From Octopus bimaculoides (taxonomy: Eukaryota), in assembly GCF_001194135.2 (NCBI RefSeq), contig NC_068999.1, positions 38,893,618 through 38,931,063 of the forward strand: DNA of 37,446 bases, in the 5' to 3' direction. A program made the translations under genes and the position numbers. The notes beneath the pieces are model-generated. The model worked only from the letters and a program-made list of their open reading frames with translations. It was not told the origin of the DNA and did no database searches. Positions 11,363-23,215 of the stretch are shown here, in pieces; the first letter of the stretch is position 1, and every line of letters begins with the position of its first letter.

Positions 11363-12834
11363 CATACACACACACACATATATATCTATATATATATATG
11401 CAGAAATATTGACGCAAATAGGAAGAATAAAGCTTAAAATATGAGTACACGTATATTTTTATTAATATTTAGCAGAAACATTAATATTTAGCTTCTACTA
11501 AATTTTAAAAGAAAAACAAACATTTGTGTATAAATATATCATCGTCTGAATCTATCACTAATACACTAAGTGTAAAAGTCAATCAACTACCATTGTTTAT
11601 AGTCTTGTGTTACCGTTTTTTGTTTTACCGTTTTATAGCTCGATTCAGTAACTTGTCTGTAGATTCTCATTGACTAAATTCATCTTTCTCTCTTCTTACT
11701 TCTCTGCTCTGAAGTCTTCCCTTTATATATATTTTGCAATATATTTTGTACTGAATTTTCTGTCTTGACTACGCTGAGTTTTATCTGATAAAATTACCGT
11801 AACTCTAATACAAAGCTACTGCCAAAATCGCCGGCTCAGTACGTGCAACTCAAGAATTTCTAACGAGCGTTTGCATATATTTCATTTGTTAATTCACGTT
11901 TTGGAATATTCCGCAAAGATATTATATATTTGTTATAACTTTTTTAATGTTTTTGAGCGTAAATGACATTTGTATGTGTTACTTGGAAGCATGAATTATA
12001 AGCCCCTCTAGTTCATAAGAAAATATATTATGCTTGCGTCTCGCTATAAATTTTTATTAAGCATATTTAGAACTTCGAAACTTTTAAACTACGATCATAC
12101 ATTATCTGAGACCAAGTATTCCTCCTTTCCCAAAAGGGTTTTATTTTACTTTTGGAATAACTTTTTCCAGCTAATATAAAGAAAAAGTTGAATATGAAGA
12201 AACATTTTTAGAAAATATAATATACGCTTTTTTAAAAGCAGATTTGAAGTATCGAATTTATGAGGAATATTTTCTTTCGCAAGAACAAAAGAACAATATA
12301 CGACGTGAAAAATAATTCAAACTGATAGCTTTAAAAGTAACCTTCGCTCCATTAACATAAATGTATATAAATTAGTTCTTTCAGTATTTATTTCTTAAAG
12401 GAAATGAACACATACACACAAACACATTCATAAATATGCATACATATATATATGTATATATACATATATGTATGTACTCATACACACACGCATATATGTA
12501 TGTATAAAAAGGAATCTATGTTGTTTTTGTGGTAATGTGATACATTTTGCCCTTATAGTAATATATTTTATCGTTAACCTTCATATACGCTATTTAAAAC
12601 GGAATATATTTGTAAACAATAACTTCTGAATACGAAATGGTGTATTATTTAAAAGTGAAAACACTTGTTTAGGAGAAACAGGCAAAACAATCTTTTACAA
12701 TGCAAATAAAAACAAAAAAAGATATTGTTATATGATGTCTAAAAAGTAATGAATCTGCTCTCACAGACATACTTCATTATAAATACAAACCTTTTATATT
12801 TCGTTTTGATTATTGTTAATACCATATAGCAGCC

Positions 12835-13507
12835 AAATGAGGAATTTCAACCATGTTTCGTGGTCTGCTACCACAACAGCTCCTTTATAGGATCCAGTTA
12901 GCTGCAGACATCATCAGGAGGAACCACGTCCCGTTTCGGCCCCTACTCCTCTACCGTTTTGACGTGGCGGGGCCCCTCCTTTCGGAGGTGTCTTCAGCTC
13001 TGGTGTTGGGTGCATGTCTTCTTTCACTGTTTGTGACTGTTCTAATTCAACTGTGGAATGTCCCTCGCTATGGTTATTTTCCAGGAGGTTCTGGCCACAC
13101 GTCTTACGGTTCATCAACTCGGGTTGTTGAATTACTTTCTTCCGACATACCTTCCCTTGGTGGATTAGGATCCAGTTAGCTGAAGACATCATCAGGAGGA
13201 ACCACGTCCGGTTTCGGCCCCTACTCCTCTACTGTTTTGACGTGGCGGGGCCCCTCCTTTCGGAGGNNNNNNNNNNNNNNNNNNNNNNNNNNNNNNNNNN
13301 NNNNNNNNNNNNNNNNAAATGAGGAATTTCAACCATGTTTCGTGGTCTGCTACCACAACAGCTCCTTTATAGGATCCAGTTAGCTGCAGACATCATCAGG
13401 AGGAACCACGTCCCGTTTCGGCCCCTACTCCTCTACCGTTTTGACGTGGCGGGGCCCCTCCTTTCGGAGGTGTCTTCAGCTCTGGTGCTGGGTGCATGCC
13501 TTCTTTC
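12835..13507 (-). mobile_element. GC-rich partially tandem element (period 278 bp) with hammerhead-like cores; PLE pLTR or retrozyme-like (family 2)
   Basis: Copies at 12835-13025, 13166-13266 and 13317-13507 are nearly identical. The minus strand has CTGAAGA, CTGATGA and two GAAAC, plus perfect helices CCTCC-GAAA-GGAGG, GGCCCC/GGGGCC and GTCTGC/GCAGAC. Confidence 0.55.
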
Positions 13508-13844
13508 TTCTATTCCCTGGCCTCTTCGATGCAGCATCAACGAGTGTCAGCGTCCGATTACTTGTTAAAGTAAATATTATAAGAAATTTGAGTATACGCA
13601 ATGGAAAAAGTACCGTTCTTAATGTATAAGCAGCTTTGATAGGAAAGTTACTACGGTTTTTGTCCGAGATAAAATCTCTTGTGGACGTTATGTGTTTAGA
13701 GACGCAATATATTTCGAAGAGAGACAAAAAGCTTTTCATTTAGCTAACAAGAACGCCAGATGCATTTTGGATTTGTTGGGCTTTGAAATGATGTTTATTT
13801 ACAGCTAGCCACATGCCTAGATGAAACATATAGCCTCAAGCGAC

Positions 13845-14166
13845 CAAGCCTCACCTGTTTTCAAGCAATCGTTCTTAATTGTGGGACCTGTTTCCACGGA
13901 GGTTTGGCAAAGAACGAATACTACTAATGTTACATGGTTACGCTCATTTACAAATTGTCACGTGATGTCGTGTCAAGAAAAGGAGACACAAATACATATA
14001 CATACATGTGAATATATCATACAGACACACATGCACAACCAAATCCACTCACAAAGCTTTGTTCAGTCCTCAGTTACTCCAGAAGACAATTGCCCAAAGA
14101 GCCAGACAAGAGGCCTGCAACTGAAACCATGTAGACGTGGAACAAAGTTCGTAATCACACTGCCAC
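13845..14166 (-). mobile_element. SINE group B: head, internal (TG/TA) microsatellite, tail type B1
   Basis: Head 14166-14035 aligns with the other B heads; tail 13990-13845 aligns with 31740-31870. Confidence 0.65.
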
Positions 14167-14804
14167 TTAATTAAAAACGTGTAGACATTTTAGATTTCAT
14201 TTAAAATTATCCCTGTCGTTATTTTACTTGGCACGAATTCCTGTTTAAGGTATGAGATGTACTTGTTTGTTTGTTTTTTTTCTCTGTATAAGCTAGTTTC
14301 GAGTGGAAGCATCATGTAATCCAAAGTTTATAAAACTTAACTGCTGGCGCCACACAATATTAGCTCTCATTGTAATCAGATTCTAAAATAACTTGGACAC
14401 TATATTCATGAGATGTTGTAGAGTATCTATCGAGAGCAGACAGACAGATATATAATTTCACAGCTATGGTGTGTTCTCTGTCACAATTTTAATGTTATCT
14501 GCTGAAGTTATGATGTTCTAGGCAACGTAGTTAGACATGAATGAGTTAAATATTAATTAACATATTGGGAAATACGTTTTACGAATATAAAACTCTACAC
14601 CAATATTGATATTAGGCTTCGGCAAAAAATAATATTTTTGGTTGATATAAAGCTAAAAGTGGATATGTAACAAATTTTGTTATCATATTGCTGCTGCATA
14701 ATGAGGATTATATTTAGTGCTTGACTTTGCATATTATGAGATACACATCTAAACACTTGTCCTGATTCCTTGCCATTTTTTTTTCCTCTCACACATTTCA
14801 ATTA

Positions 14805-15124
14805 ACTGGCATTCCGCTGGTTACGACGACCACGACGACGAAAGTTCCAGTTGATCCGGTTAACGGAACAAGCTGCTCGTAAAATTAACGGGCAAGCAAC
14901 CGAGCACTCCACGCATGCGTTCCCTTAACGGAGTTCCGAGGGGATTCAGAGTGGCACAGAATGTGACAAGGCTGATCCTTGCGAATTACTGGTACAACTC
15001 ATTTTTGCCAGCTGAGTGAACTGAAGCAACGTGAAATAAAGTGTCTTGCTCAAGGACACAGCGCATCGCGGGAATCAAAATCACGACCGTCAGCCGAATA
15101 CACTAACCACGACGCCATGAGCCT
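14805..15124 (-). mobile_element. tRNA-headed SINE, group A, tail type A2
   Basis: Reverse complement starts AGGCTCATGGCGTCGTGGTTAGTG, continues TGTGTCCTTGAGCAAGACACTTTATTTCACGTTGC, and has a tail unrelated to that of 503-770. Confidence 0.75.
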
Positions 15125-15492
15125 TTACGACACGATTCTAGCATTCCAATATCTATCACCACCATCACCACTACCACTTTCCCCAATCCCATGTTTCTAT
15201 TGGTCATCTTTTGTAATGGATGACCTTCAAACGTCAACACATTTTATTTCACTTTTCCCACGTGACACACGCTATCAGTTTGATTTCTCCACTTTAGTTG
15301 CTGTTACCTCCTTGTCATTGGAGTAAATGATATGGTACCGTCTTAATCTTTACTTTTAACACGTTTGTGCAATCTGTTCCAAATCTCTCTCACTTTATAC
15401 CCCTCCCTTCCCTCCAGCTGCACTTTATTCTACTCTAGTTATTCCCGAGAATTTAATTTCTAAAACCTAGTGACGATTTCAGTTTCAGTACT

Positions 15493-15775
<283 letters not shown>

Positions 15776-16023
15776 CACGCACGCGGCGCACCCCACCCCA
15801 ACAAATCGTTCTATCTCAGTCTCTTTGTTTTCATTCCCCGTCTATATTCATGTATATGTGTGCGTGTGTGTACATACACTCATTTACTCAAATACATTTT
15901 TATGATTTGCATTTTCTTCGAAGAATAGAAAAAAGACTTATGTGAGATTCAAATTACACAACTCTGCCAATTCATGTGTACATAATTTATATGAAAAATA
16001 AATATAGTTTAATATAGACACAG

Positions 16024-16070
16024 TCGTGGCTGTGTGATTAAGAATATCACTTCCAGACACGTGGTATCTG
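16024..16070 (+). mobile_element. SINE group B head fragment
   Basis: CGTGGCTGTGTGATTAAGAA..CTTCC..CACGTGG matches the B head. Confidence 0.5.
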
Positions 16071-16349
16071 ATCGCTATTGTTATAGACGTATAATTATTA
16101 TGTTAAGCAAGTATTTTGGCGTTTATGTATTTCCAGCGCCGTACGGTAACGAAAGTTTTTGTCGAAAGGCAAAACTGTGTCATTTATCACAAAAGAAAAG
16201 AATTAAGGACCAAAGTAAGACCGAAAGACACTAGAATGAAGGCTATGTACTATGACGTTCAATGATATTGGTATCATTGATCGGTGTAACAGTGTATCGT
16301 ATCGTATGACAATGTCGGGACATCAGCCACCGAATATTTAATGAAACTC

Positions 16350-16460
16350 CTAACATTTTTGATACCACCGGAGACCACCCCTTTTCAGGTCATTATTTCA
16401 AACATGAACTGAAATAAAGGCAGAATATTTCAGCATAAATATGGTTACAACAAGAATTAA
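16350..16460. mobile_element. Possible decayed TTAA-ended (piggyBac-type) MITE
   Basis: Ends CTAACATTTTTGATACCA and TGGTTACAACAAGAATTAA form an imperfect inverted pair; it resembles cephalopod MITEs from memory only. Confidence 0.3.
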
Positions 16461-16918
16461 AGTGGACAACGCATATGTTTTTGCTAACCGGGAGCAACAA
16501 ATGTTAATGGAAGAGAGAAGGATTAAGAGCTAATACAGAAAATATCTATTTGCTGTCTTCTTCGCAAATGTCTTTGCTCTCGTCGTGAAGTGTATGGAAA
16601 GCTTTACCTTACTTGTATAAAAAGATATCAATAGAAATGTATCTCAAGGGAATTTATCGCAAGAAATTGCCTTTGTGAATACATTACTTTATGAAAAACT
16701 TTATCTTGTGTGCGTCATCGCATGACATGGCGAACATTAAAAGTATAGCCATTGAAGACTCTTTTACTTTTCTTTAGTTAAAAATGACTTTCGTTTTATA
16801 GTGGAGAGGGCACTTTTACTATCACTTTTCATCTTGGTAAAGCCTATTCTTGACATGTTAGATTAATTTCAGTGACTTGAGACCTTGGGAACGAGGTAGT
16901 AGTAGCACCGACATTACT

Positions 16919-17137
16919 TAATAATAATAATAATGATTCCAAATTTTGGGTCAATGCCAGCAATTTCGGGGCTGGGAGTAAGTCGATTTCAGCTCGACTG
17001 GTACTTAATTTATCGACCCCGAAAAGATGAAAGGGGAAGTGAACCTCAGAGAAATGTGAATTCAAAACGTGAAGACGGGCGAAATGCCGCTAGGTGTTTT
17101 GTCAGGCATGCTAATAATTATGCCAGTTCGCAAGAAT
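16919..17137 (-). mobile_element. tRNA-headed SINE, group C, tail C1 with (ATT)n
   Basis: Aligns with 25623-25837 (ACTGGTACTTAATTTATCGACCCCGAAA.GATGAAAGG). (AAT)n on both sides. Confidence 0.8.
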
Positions 17138-17174
<37 letters not shown>

Positions 17175-17179
17175 GTAAT

Positions 17180-17315
17180 AATTAGGGTTCTAAGCACATG
17201 AAAGACTGCTGAAAACTTGTGGATGCCTCAGGTTACAGGTAGTAACCCGCTACCCACATAAATTCATCCAGGAATAAGACCAAACCAGAGCCAAACCAAA
17301 ATAATAAAAATAATA
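17180..17315 (+). mobile_element. Possible short 3' fragment of an R4/Dong-like LINE in (TAA)n
   Basis: CTCAGGTTACAGGTAGTAACCCGC resembles RLE-type LINE 3' ends; (TAA)n upstream and an ATAATAAAAATAATA tail. Confidence 0.3.
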
Positions 17316-17474
17316 AGTCAAAATTAAAAGAAGAGTGCCATTGTCATCTAGTGAACGATATTTAGTCAAAATGAAATAGATTGACAAAATTATTTTTTGA
17401 ACCTGTTCAAGACACATGAGATGTCGAAATATCGTTCACTGGATGACAACGGCACTTTTCTTTTAATTTTGACT
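17316..17474. mobile_element. Fold-back element (48-bp arms, 3 mismatches) with a core-mutated hammerhead (family 4)
   Basis: 17316-17363 is the reverse complement of 17427-17474. Plus strand reads TGAAC-CTGTTCA-A-GACA-catgaga-TGTC-GAAA-TAT-C-GTTCA. Confidence 0.7.
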
Positions 17475-18784
17475 CTATATCTTCTGGAGGAATTATCTCA
17501 ATCCTTTATATATTAATAATAATGATAATAATAATGATAATAACAACAACAACAGAAAAATCTTTTTTTTGCCTTTAAGAAGGAAAGCGTCAGTATACAA
17601 TAGAGATTCCTTATAGACATAATGTATCAGGAAGCTAGGATAGGGAAGGGGGTAAACAAGAAAAAAAAGTATAATCAAGACAATATTTTAAATTATTAGA
17701 AATAACTGATTTCATTTAAATTATATTGTGTTAAATAGCTTCAGTTTATAATTATCAAGTGATTTATATAAGTATCGATCTTTAGACAACAAAAATAAAT
17801 TAAAATTAATAAAATATAGAAAATGAATTGCCTATATTAATACATTTTAATTTTAGGTACACGCACACGCGCATGCATATACACACAGACGCACACACAC
17901 ATATATACAGATGCAAATTCAATATACGTATATGTATAAATATGTATGCATCTTGCGTTGAATACATCTGTGCATGTATCTTTGTGTGTGTGTACACATG
18001 TGCACATACACACATATGTTTGTGTATGTGTGTGCATATATTTGTATCTATGTATGTATGTGTGTGTATGTATATATATACATATATACATATATATATA
18101 TATCCGTATATATATCATATTATATGTACACTCACACATATACATATGCCTCTATGTAAGTTTGTATGTGCTCATGTATGTGCGCTCGTATGCATTGTAA
18201 AAATAACTTTCTACTATAAATATGACATGACGTATGCAACACTAAATTTTAGACATTTGTGAATATATTTTTCGCATAAATTTGATTTTTTTTTCGTAAA
18301 AAGTATAAAGTTTATCTCTTCTTGTTTTCGTCATCGACTTCATTGTTGTTATTGTTGTTGTTTTAACATTGTTCTTAAGTATATTATATTTTCTTTCTTT
18401 CTTCCTTTTGTTTTGGCTTGTTTAAACGAAAATCTTAACTATTATTACCCTGAACTATCAGACACAAGGAAATAGCTTGTCTGACAGCATCCGAAAAGAC
18501 AATAGACACTAGAATCAATAGCCATTACACTCCAGCATTGATTTGTATCTTCTCAATTTAGAAGGCAACCGTTTCTAAGTAGCAGGGCAAATCCGCCGGA
18601 GAATTTACTTCATTTCGTTATGTTAGTAGTTTTAAGAAGTTACGAGTGGACTGAAATTCAGCTGATGATATTTATTCATCGTCACCGTTCACATTTTATT
18701 TCTTATGTTCGCTATGTTTCTTTCTTTAGTTTTACTTTTTCTGAGAAACGTATAGACAGATATGCAAATACACACACGCGCACG

Positions 18785-18830
<46 letters not shown>

Positions 18831-19081
18831 TGTGTGTGCATACATACATACGGACAATGCACACACTCACGCAGGTATATGATGGAAGCCAACTCGTGTC
18901 CAAAGATGGCTGCTTATTAGGCATACAACACTACATAAAGTGTTATAAGAATGGAAGACAGAACCACATTGGTGGTCGGAAAACGTTCATTCATCCAGCC
19001 ATCTATTTATATACATACATGCATAAAGCCATCCAATGCATACTTATATATATGTGCATATGTACATGCATACATACGTGG

Positions 19082-19123
<42 letters not shown>

Positions 19124-19130
19124 TTATACA

Positions 19131-19162
<32 letters not shown>

Positions 19163-20254
19163 GTATAAATGTACATAGAGCTGTACATACATCGATACGC
19201 ATCCATCCATACATACACGCAATATTAATACATACACACAAGATTAATACATACACACAAGACTATACCGTACACCATTAATATTATCTAAATTTCAATG
19301 GAAGACTTCTTGTTTTTAGATTAGAGATCGTCTGTTTTACCATTAAAAACTAAAGATGGTTGAATTTTAATTAAAAGCACACTAGTAGACGTTTTGGTGC
19401 CGGACGAATTAACGTCTAATAATGATTTTTTTAACCATTGCATTGTGCCAGATGTATGTGTGTGTATGTGTGTGCATGTACGTATACAAGCTTATAAACA
19501 TAAACGCATAAAAGCATAGTGTTAGATGCAATAGTGCAGCATGCGCAACAGACTAAATATTTCAATCTTATTAAGTAATATTTCTTTGAATTGGGAGTCG
19601 AAATCCTAAGCTCGATTTAGTATTTTACTGGAATATATTCACTTCATGTCGTACATTTGTGAGTACCAAAAGTAATAATTTAATAATAAATACATGCTGT
19701 AGCAGAGACAATTTACTTCGAAAATATTGCAATAGCATTCAGCTCAAACCGTAGTATTAATCAGGAAAAGTTTCCACCACACAAACTAAAGTAAATAAAA
19801 GTAAATGAAATTACTACTATGCCATTCCCGCGAAAATGTCAAACATAGATTGAGGAAATAAAAGTATTTATAGATTCATATACCATATTTTTTAGTAGTT
19901 ATCTGCATTCCTCATGAAGTCGCTAATACGATGGGTCTGGAAGTATTTTTTAAGGGAAAAAATATCCGCATGTATGTATATATTTATGTAAGTATATATG
20001 TATTTATCAATCTACCTCTCTCTCTCTCTCTCTCTGTGTCTTTACATACATACTTGTGTGAGTGTGTGTATGTGTGTGCGTGTGTGTTGAATAAATGTAT
20101 GTAGATTTCTTGAGAAACTTGAATCAGTCTCAGACAAGAACTTCTGCATTATTTGTGAGATAAAAAGATAGAATACACGTTCTGTGCGTAAGTTTTCTGT
20201 ATCCCAACTCTGAATTGAAAGAAAATCATTGACAAAATATGATTAATTTGCTAG

Positions 20255-20378
20255 CGCTGGCTAACAACTAAATTCAAAAACACAGTCCTCAGCGAGGACT
20301 CAGTGTTCTTTGGAATGGTTTCTTCCATAATCACAAGAGCAGAAATTGATGGGGCTGAGGAGACAGTGGATAAAATTC
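20255..20378 (+). CDS. Candidate exon RWLTTKFKNTVLSEDSVFFGMVSSIITRAEIDGAEETVDKI
   Basis: Non-repetitive, higher-GC island with an open frame, a weak acceptor TTAATTTGCTAG and donor C|GTAAGG. Confidence 0.4.
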
Positions 20379-20434
20379 GTAAGGTTTTTTTTTCCAATGC
20401 TTTAAAGATTCTGCCAAACTTTGGCCTTCTTATG

Positions 20435-20610
20435 CTTCTTTCTAATCGAAGCACAAGGCCAGAAGGTTGGGAAGACAAAGGATAGTCGATTACATCGTCT
20501 CCCGTACTTAAATGGTTCTTTATTTTATCGAGGCTGTTAGGCCGAAAGTTTAGCTGACCTGAACGGTATGTGGAATTGTGAACGTAAAGAGGTAGAGCAA
20601 ACGCCACAAG
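20435..20610 (-). mobile_element. Decayed SINE group C
   Basis: GCACAAGGCC...AGTCGATTACATCG...TTATTTTATCGA aligns with 25630-25720. Confidence 0.6.
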
Positions 20611-20622
20611 GTGTTGTAGTGT

Positions 20623-20974
20623 ACTATTCTATATTTTTGAGATCAGGAATTATGTACATTATTTACAATGGACGAATAATTGTCCTCACCTTGTTTGTTG
20701 TTATCACAACATTTCGGCTGATGTACTCTCCAGCCTTCATCGGGTGTTCTGGTGGAATTTCGAACCCAACCCTTTATTTGACTAATGAGATACACTGTTC
20801 TCATTCCTATGGTATGGTGTTGATATCAACAGAAAAATGACATCAGCAACATACCTTAGGTGTGTGTTCGAAATTCCACCAGAGCATCTGATGAACGCTG
20901 GAGAGTACAACATCCGAAATGTTGTGGTAACAACAAACAAGGTGATGACACCTATTCGTCCATTGTAAATGATA
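20623..20974. mobile_element. Inverted-repeat retroelement remnant (family 3) with 12-bp TSD and two decayed hammerheads
   Basis: Arms 20661-20765 and 20866-20970 are about 85-90% reverse-complementary by eye. GTGTTGTAGTGT is duplicated at 20611-20622 and 20975-20986. Confidence 0.8.
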
Positions 20975-21512
20975 GTGTTGTAGTGTGTTTGTATTGGCGT
21001 GTGTAAGTTATTGTAGTTAGTGCAAATGATTGTAACATGTTGGTGATGCTGTGTGTCTTTTAGTTGTGCTTTAGGACATCTTTTGTTGTATGTTGTGTCA
21101 GAATCTGTAACGTGGTGGTTGGCCATTCAAAAAACTGACACATTCCAGTGTCAGTTGGTCAATGTCCCCAGGACAGGGGCGAAAGATGACAGCAGCGAAC
21201 ATTACTTTTATCACAAATATAATACAAACACACACTTTTGCTGCAGTTGTGTTCTTGCTATCGTTATTATTTAGCTTCAAGTGGGCATGCGCAGTTTCGA
21301 CATGCGATTAAATCTATTCGTGTTGTGAGAAGTCTCTTTCTCTCTCTACCCTATCTCTCTCTCCCTCCCTTCCTCTGTCTTTCTTTCTGTCACACATATA
21401 ATGTAAAGATATATATATATATGTATGTATGTGTGTGTGTGTTTGTCTATCTACCTATCTATATGTATGTATGTGTATATGTATCTATACATGCATATAT
21501 ATATGTGTGTGT

Positions 21513-21545
<33 letters not shown>

Positions 21546-21756
21546 CACATACACACACACACGCATATATATACATACACATACACACACACACACATGA
21601 TATGATACGAGAGGTTTTGGTATCTAGAAGAGCCAAAATGGCAGGTAAAGCTATGTAAGTGATACGGACGGACCGTAGTTAGACTCTCTGTTCGATAATA
21701 GTATGAGTGAAGAGTTTAATGGTAGTCTTACAGCTGTTTAATGCTAGTCGTGTGTG

Positions 21757-22338
21757 GGCATGTATATGTTAAATAAAATGAGACAACAAAGCCGAAGCAG
21801 TGTGAAATTTATAGGACGTTTATAAAGAGAAAGGTAGTATTATAGCTGTTTCTAGGATATTAGGGATATCTCTTCATCCGACACGATATTAGAGAATTAA
21901 ATAGAGTTATTAGAAGTAGATAGGGTGTAGACTATTTGTAATAGCAAAATATGAACTCCTACTATCGGAATCTATATACCATGGACAAGAAGTCTTTCTA
22001 CCCATTCTACACAACACTTTCCTTGCATAAAGGAACTGCAACTGTAACATCCAACATATTTTCANNNNNNNNNNTGCATAAAGGAACTGCAACTGTAACA
22101 TCCAACATATTTTCATTCTCTTATTTCCCTTTATACTTCCTATATCTCTCCCTTTCCAAAATAACTCTTTATATTGAACTCTGCTATTTCTTTCTACTTA
22201 ACTCTCCCACATCGTCTCTGATGAAGGGATATCCCTCATATCTCTGAAACAGCTGTAAGACTACCTTTCTCTTTTTAAATGTCCGAGAAATTTTACACTG
22301 CCTTGGCTTTGTTGTCTCATTTTCTTTAACTTATGTAT
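21757..22338. mobile_element. Inverted-repeat element (family 1), ~120-bp arms, each containing a hammerhead motif
   Basis: 21757-21880 is the reverse complement of about 22216-22338 (roughly 80-85% by eye). A further 19-bp piece GGTAGTCTTACAGCTGTTT lies at 21721-21739. Confidence 0.8.
22214..22261 (+). ncRNA. Minimal type I hammerhead ribozyme motif, invariant core intact
   Basis: Stem I GTCT/AGAC; core CTGATGA; stem II AGGGATAT/ATATCTCT with loop CCCTC; GAA; stem III ACAGCTGT (perfect palindrome); predicted cleavage GUA after 22257. Confidence 0.8.
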
Positions 22339-23172
22339 GTATGTATGGATGGATGGATGGATGGATATTCCGTATTTGGAGCACTCTTTTACATTTAAAA
22401 TGCATGTATTCATTTTTTAAAATTTTTGGTGAAGGGCAATGGTCTGTAATTTTGAAGGAAATTTAGCTGCTATTTTTACCCATGTTCAATCTAACTGGCA
22501 ATAAATTTATTAAGAATATCTTATAGGAAGAACATGGTGTAATATGTCAAAAGAATAATATGGGATGGTATAACAGGGTCATGGTGACAAAAGGATATAA
22601 GAAGATTTTTGTAAAAACGTTTTACGAGACAATTCCAGTGGAATATGAAAAGAAAGTAGATATAATTGTCCTTACATTATCTGCTTTTTGTTTGTTCTTT
22701 CCATGTATTTCCTGTGATATTAAATATACAACGCAGAGTGTTTTTATGTTTAACACTTATTTTCTTTTTTCATGAGTTTGGAGATTTTCATATATTTTGA
22801 TCGGAAGACGAATCTGAAGGTTTACAATTGACACTTCCTCAGGAAGGGGTGGGGGAAAAACATGTTTTAAATTGTAGCAATAACCATCCACCCATCCATC
22901 TATCTATCTATCTATCTATCCATCTATATCATATAAATTATTAAAATCTTAACAATCTTGCGCCTATTTTGGCTGTGATATAAGGAAGTTGTGAGGTGCG
23001 GGTTGAGCTGCATTGAACTTGAATGAGAGGGTTGAGTAAGGTAGAAATTAAGTAAAAGAGTCTAAATTTAGAAATTTCCAAGCAATGGGCGGCGCTTCGT
23101 GAAAGATGAAAATATATTACGATTGAGGTTGCACACATACGTACGTAAATACGTAGATACATGCTCATGCAC

Positions 23173-23215
<43 letters not shown>

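Noticed and set aside
12175-12315. Protein-like frame YKEKVEYEETFLENIIYAFLKADLKYRIYEEYFLSQEQKNNIRREK*
   Set aside because: Bounded by stops, the nearby acceptor gives no usable phase, and no motif was recognised.
12853-13568. Duplicated ORF MFRGLLPQQLLYRIQ...
   Set aside because: Follows from the tandem repeat; no splice signals or recognisable domain, and the two copies diverge into unrelated sequence.
20251-20607. 118-aa minus-strand ORF
   Set aside because: About half is SINE C sequence; splice signals favour the plus-strand reading.
22024-22115. Exact 41-bp direct repeat flanking a 10-N gap
   Set aside because: Typical unmerged contig overlap, so an assembly artefact.
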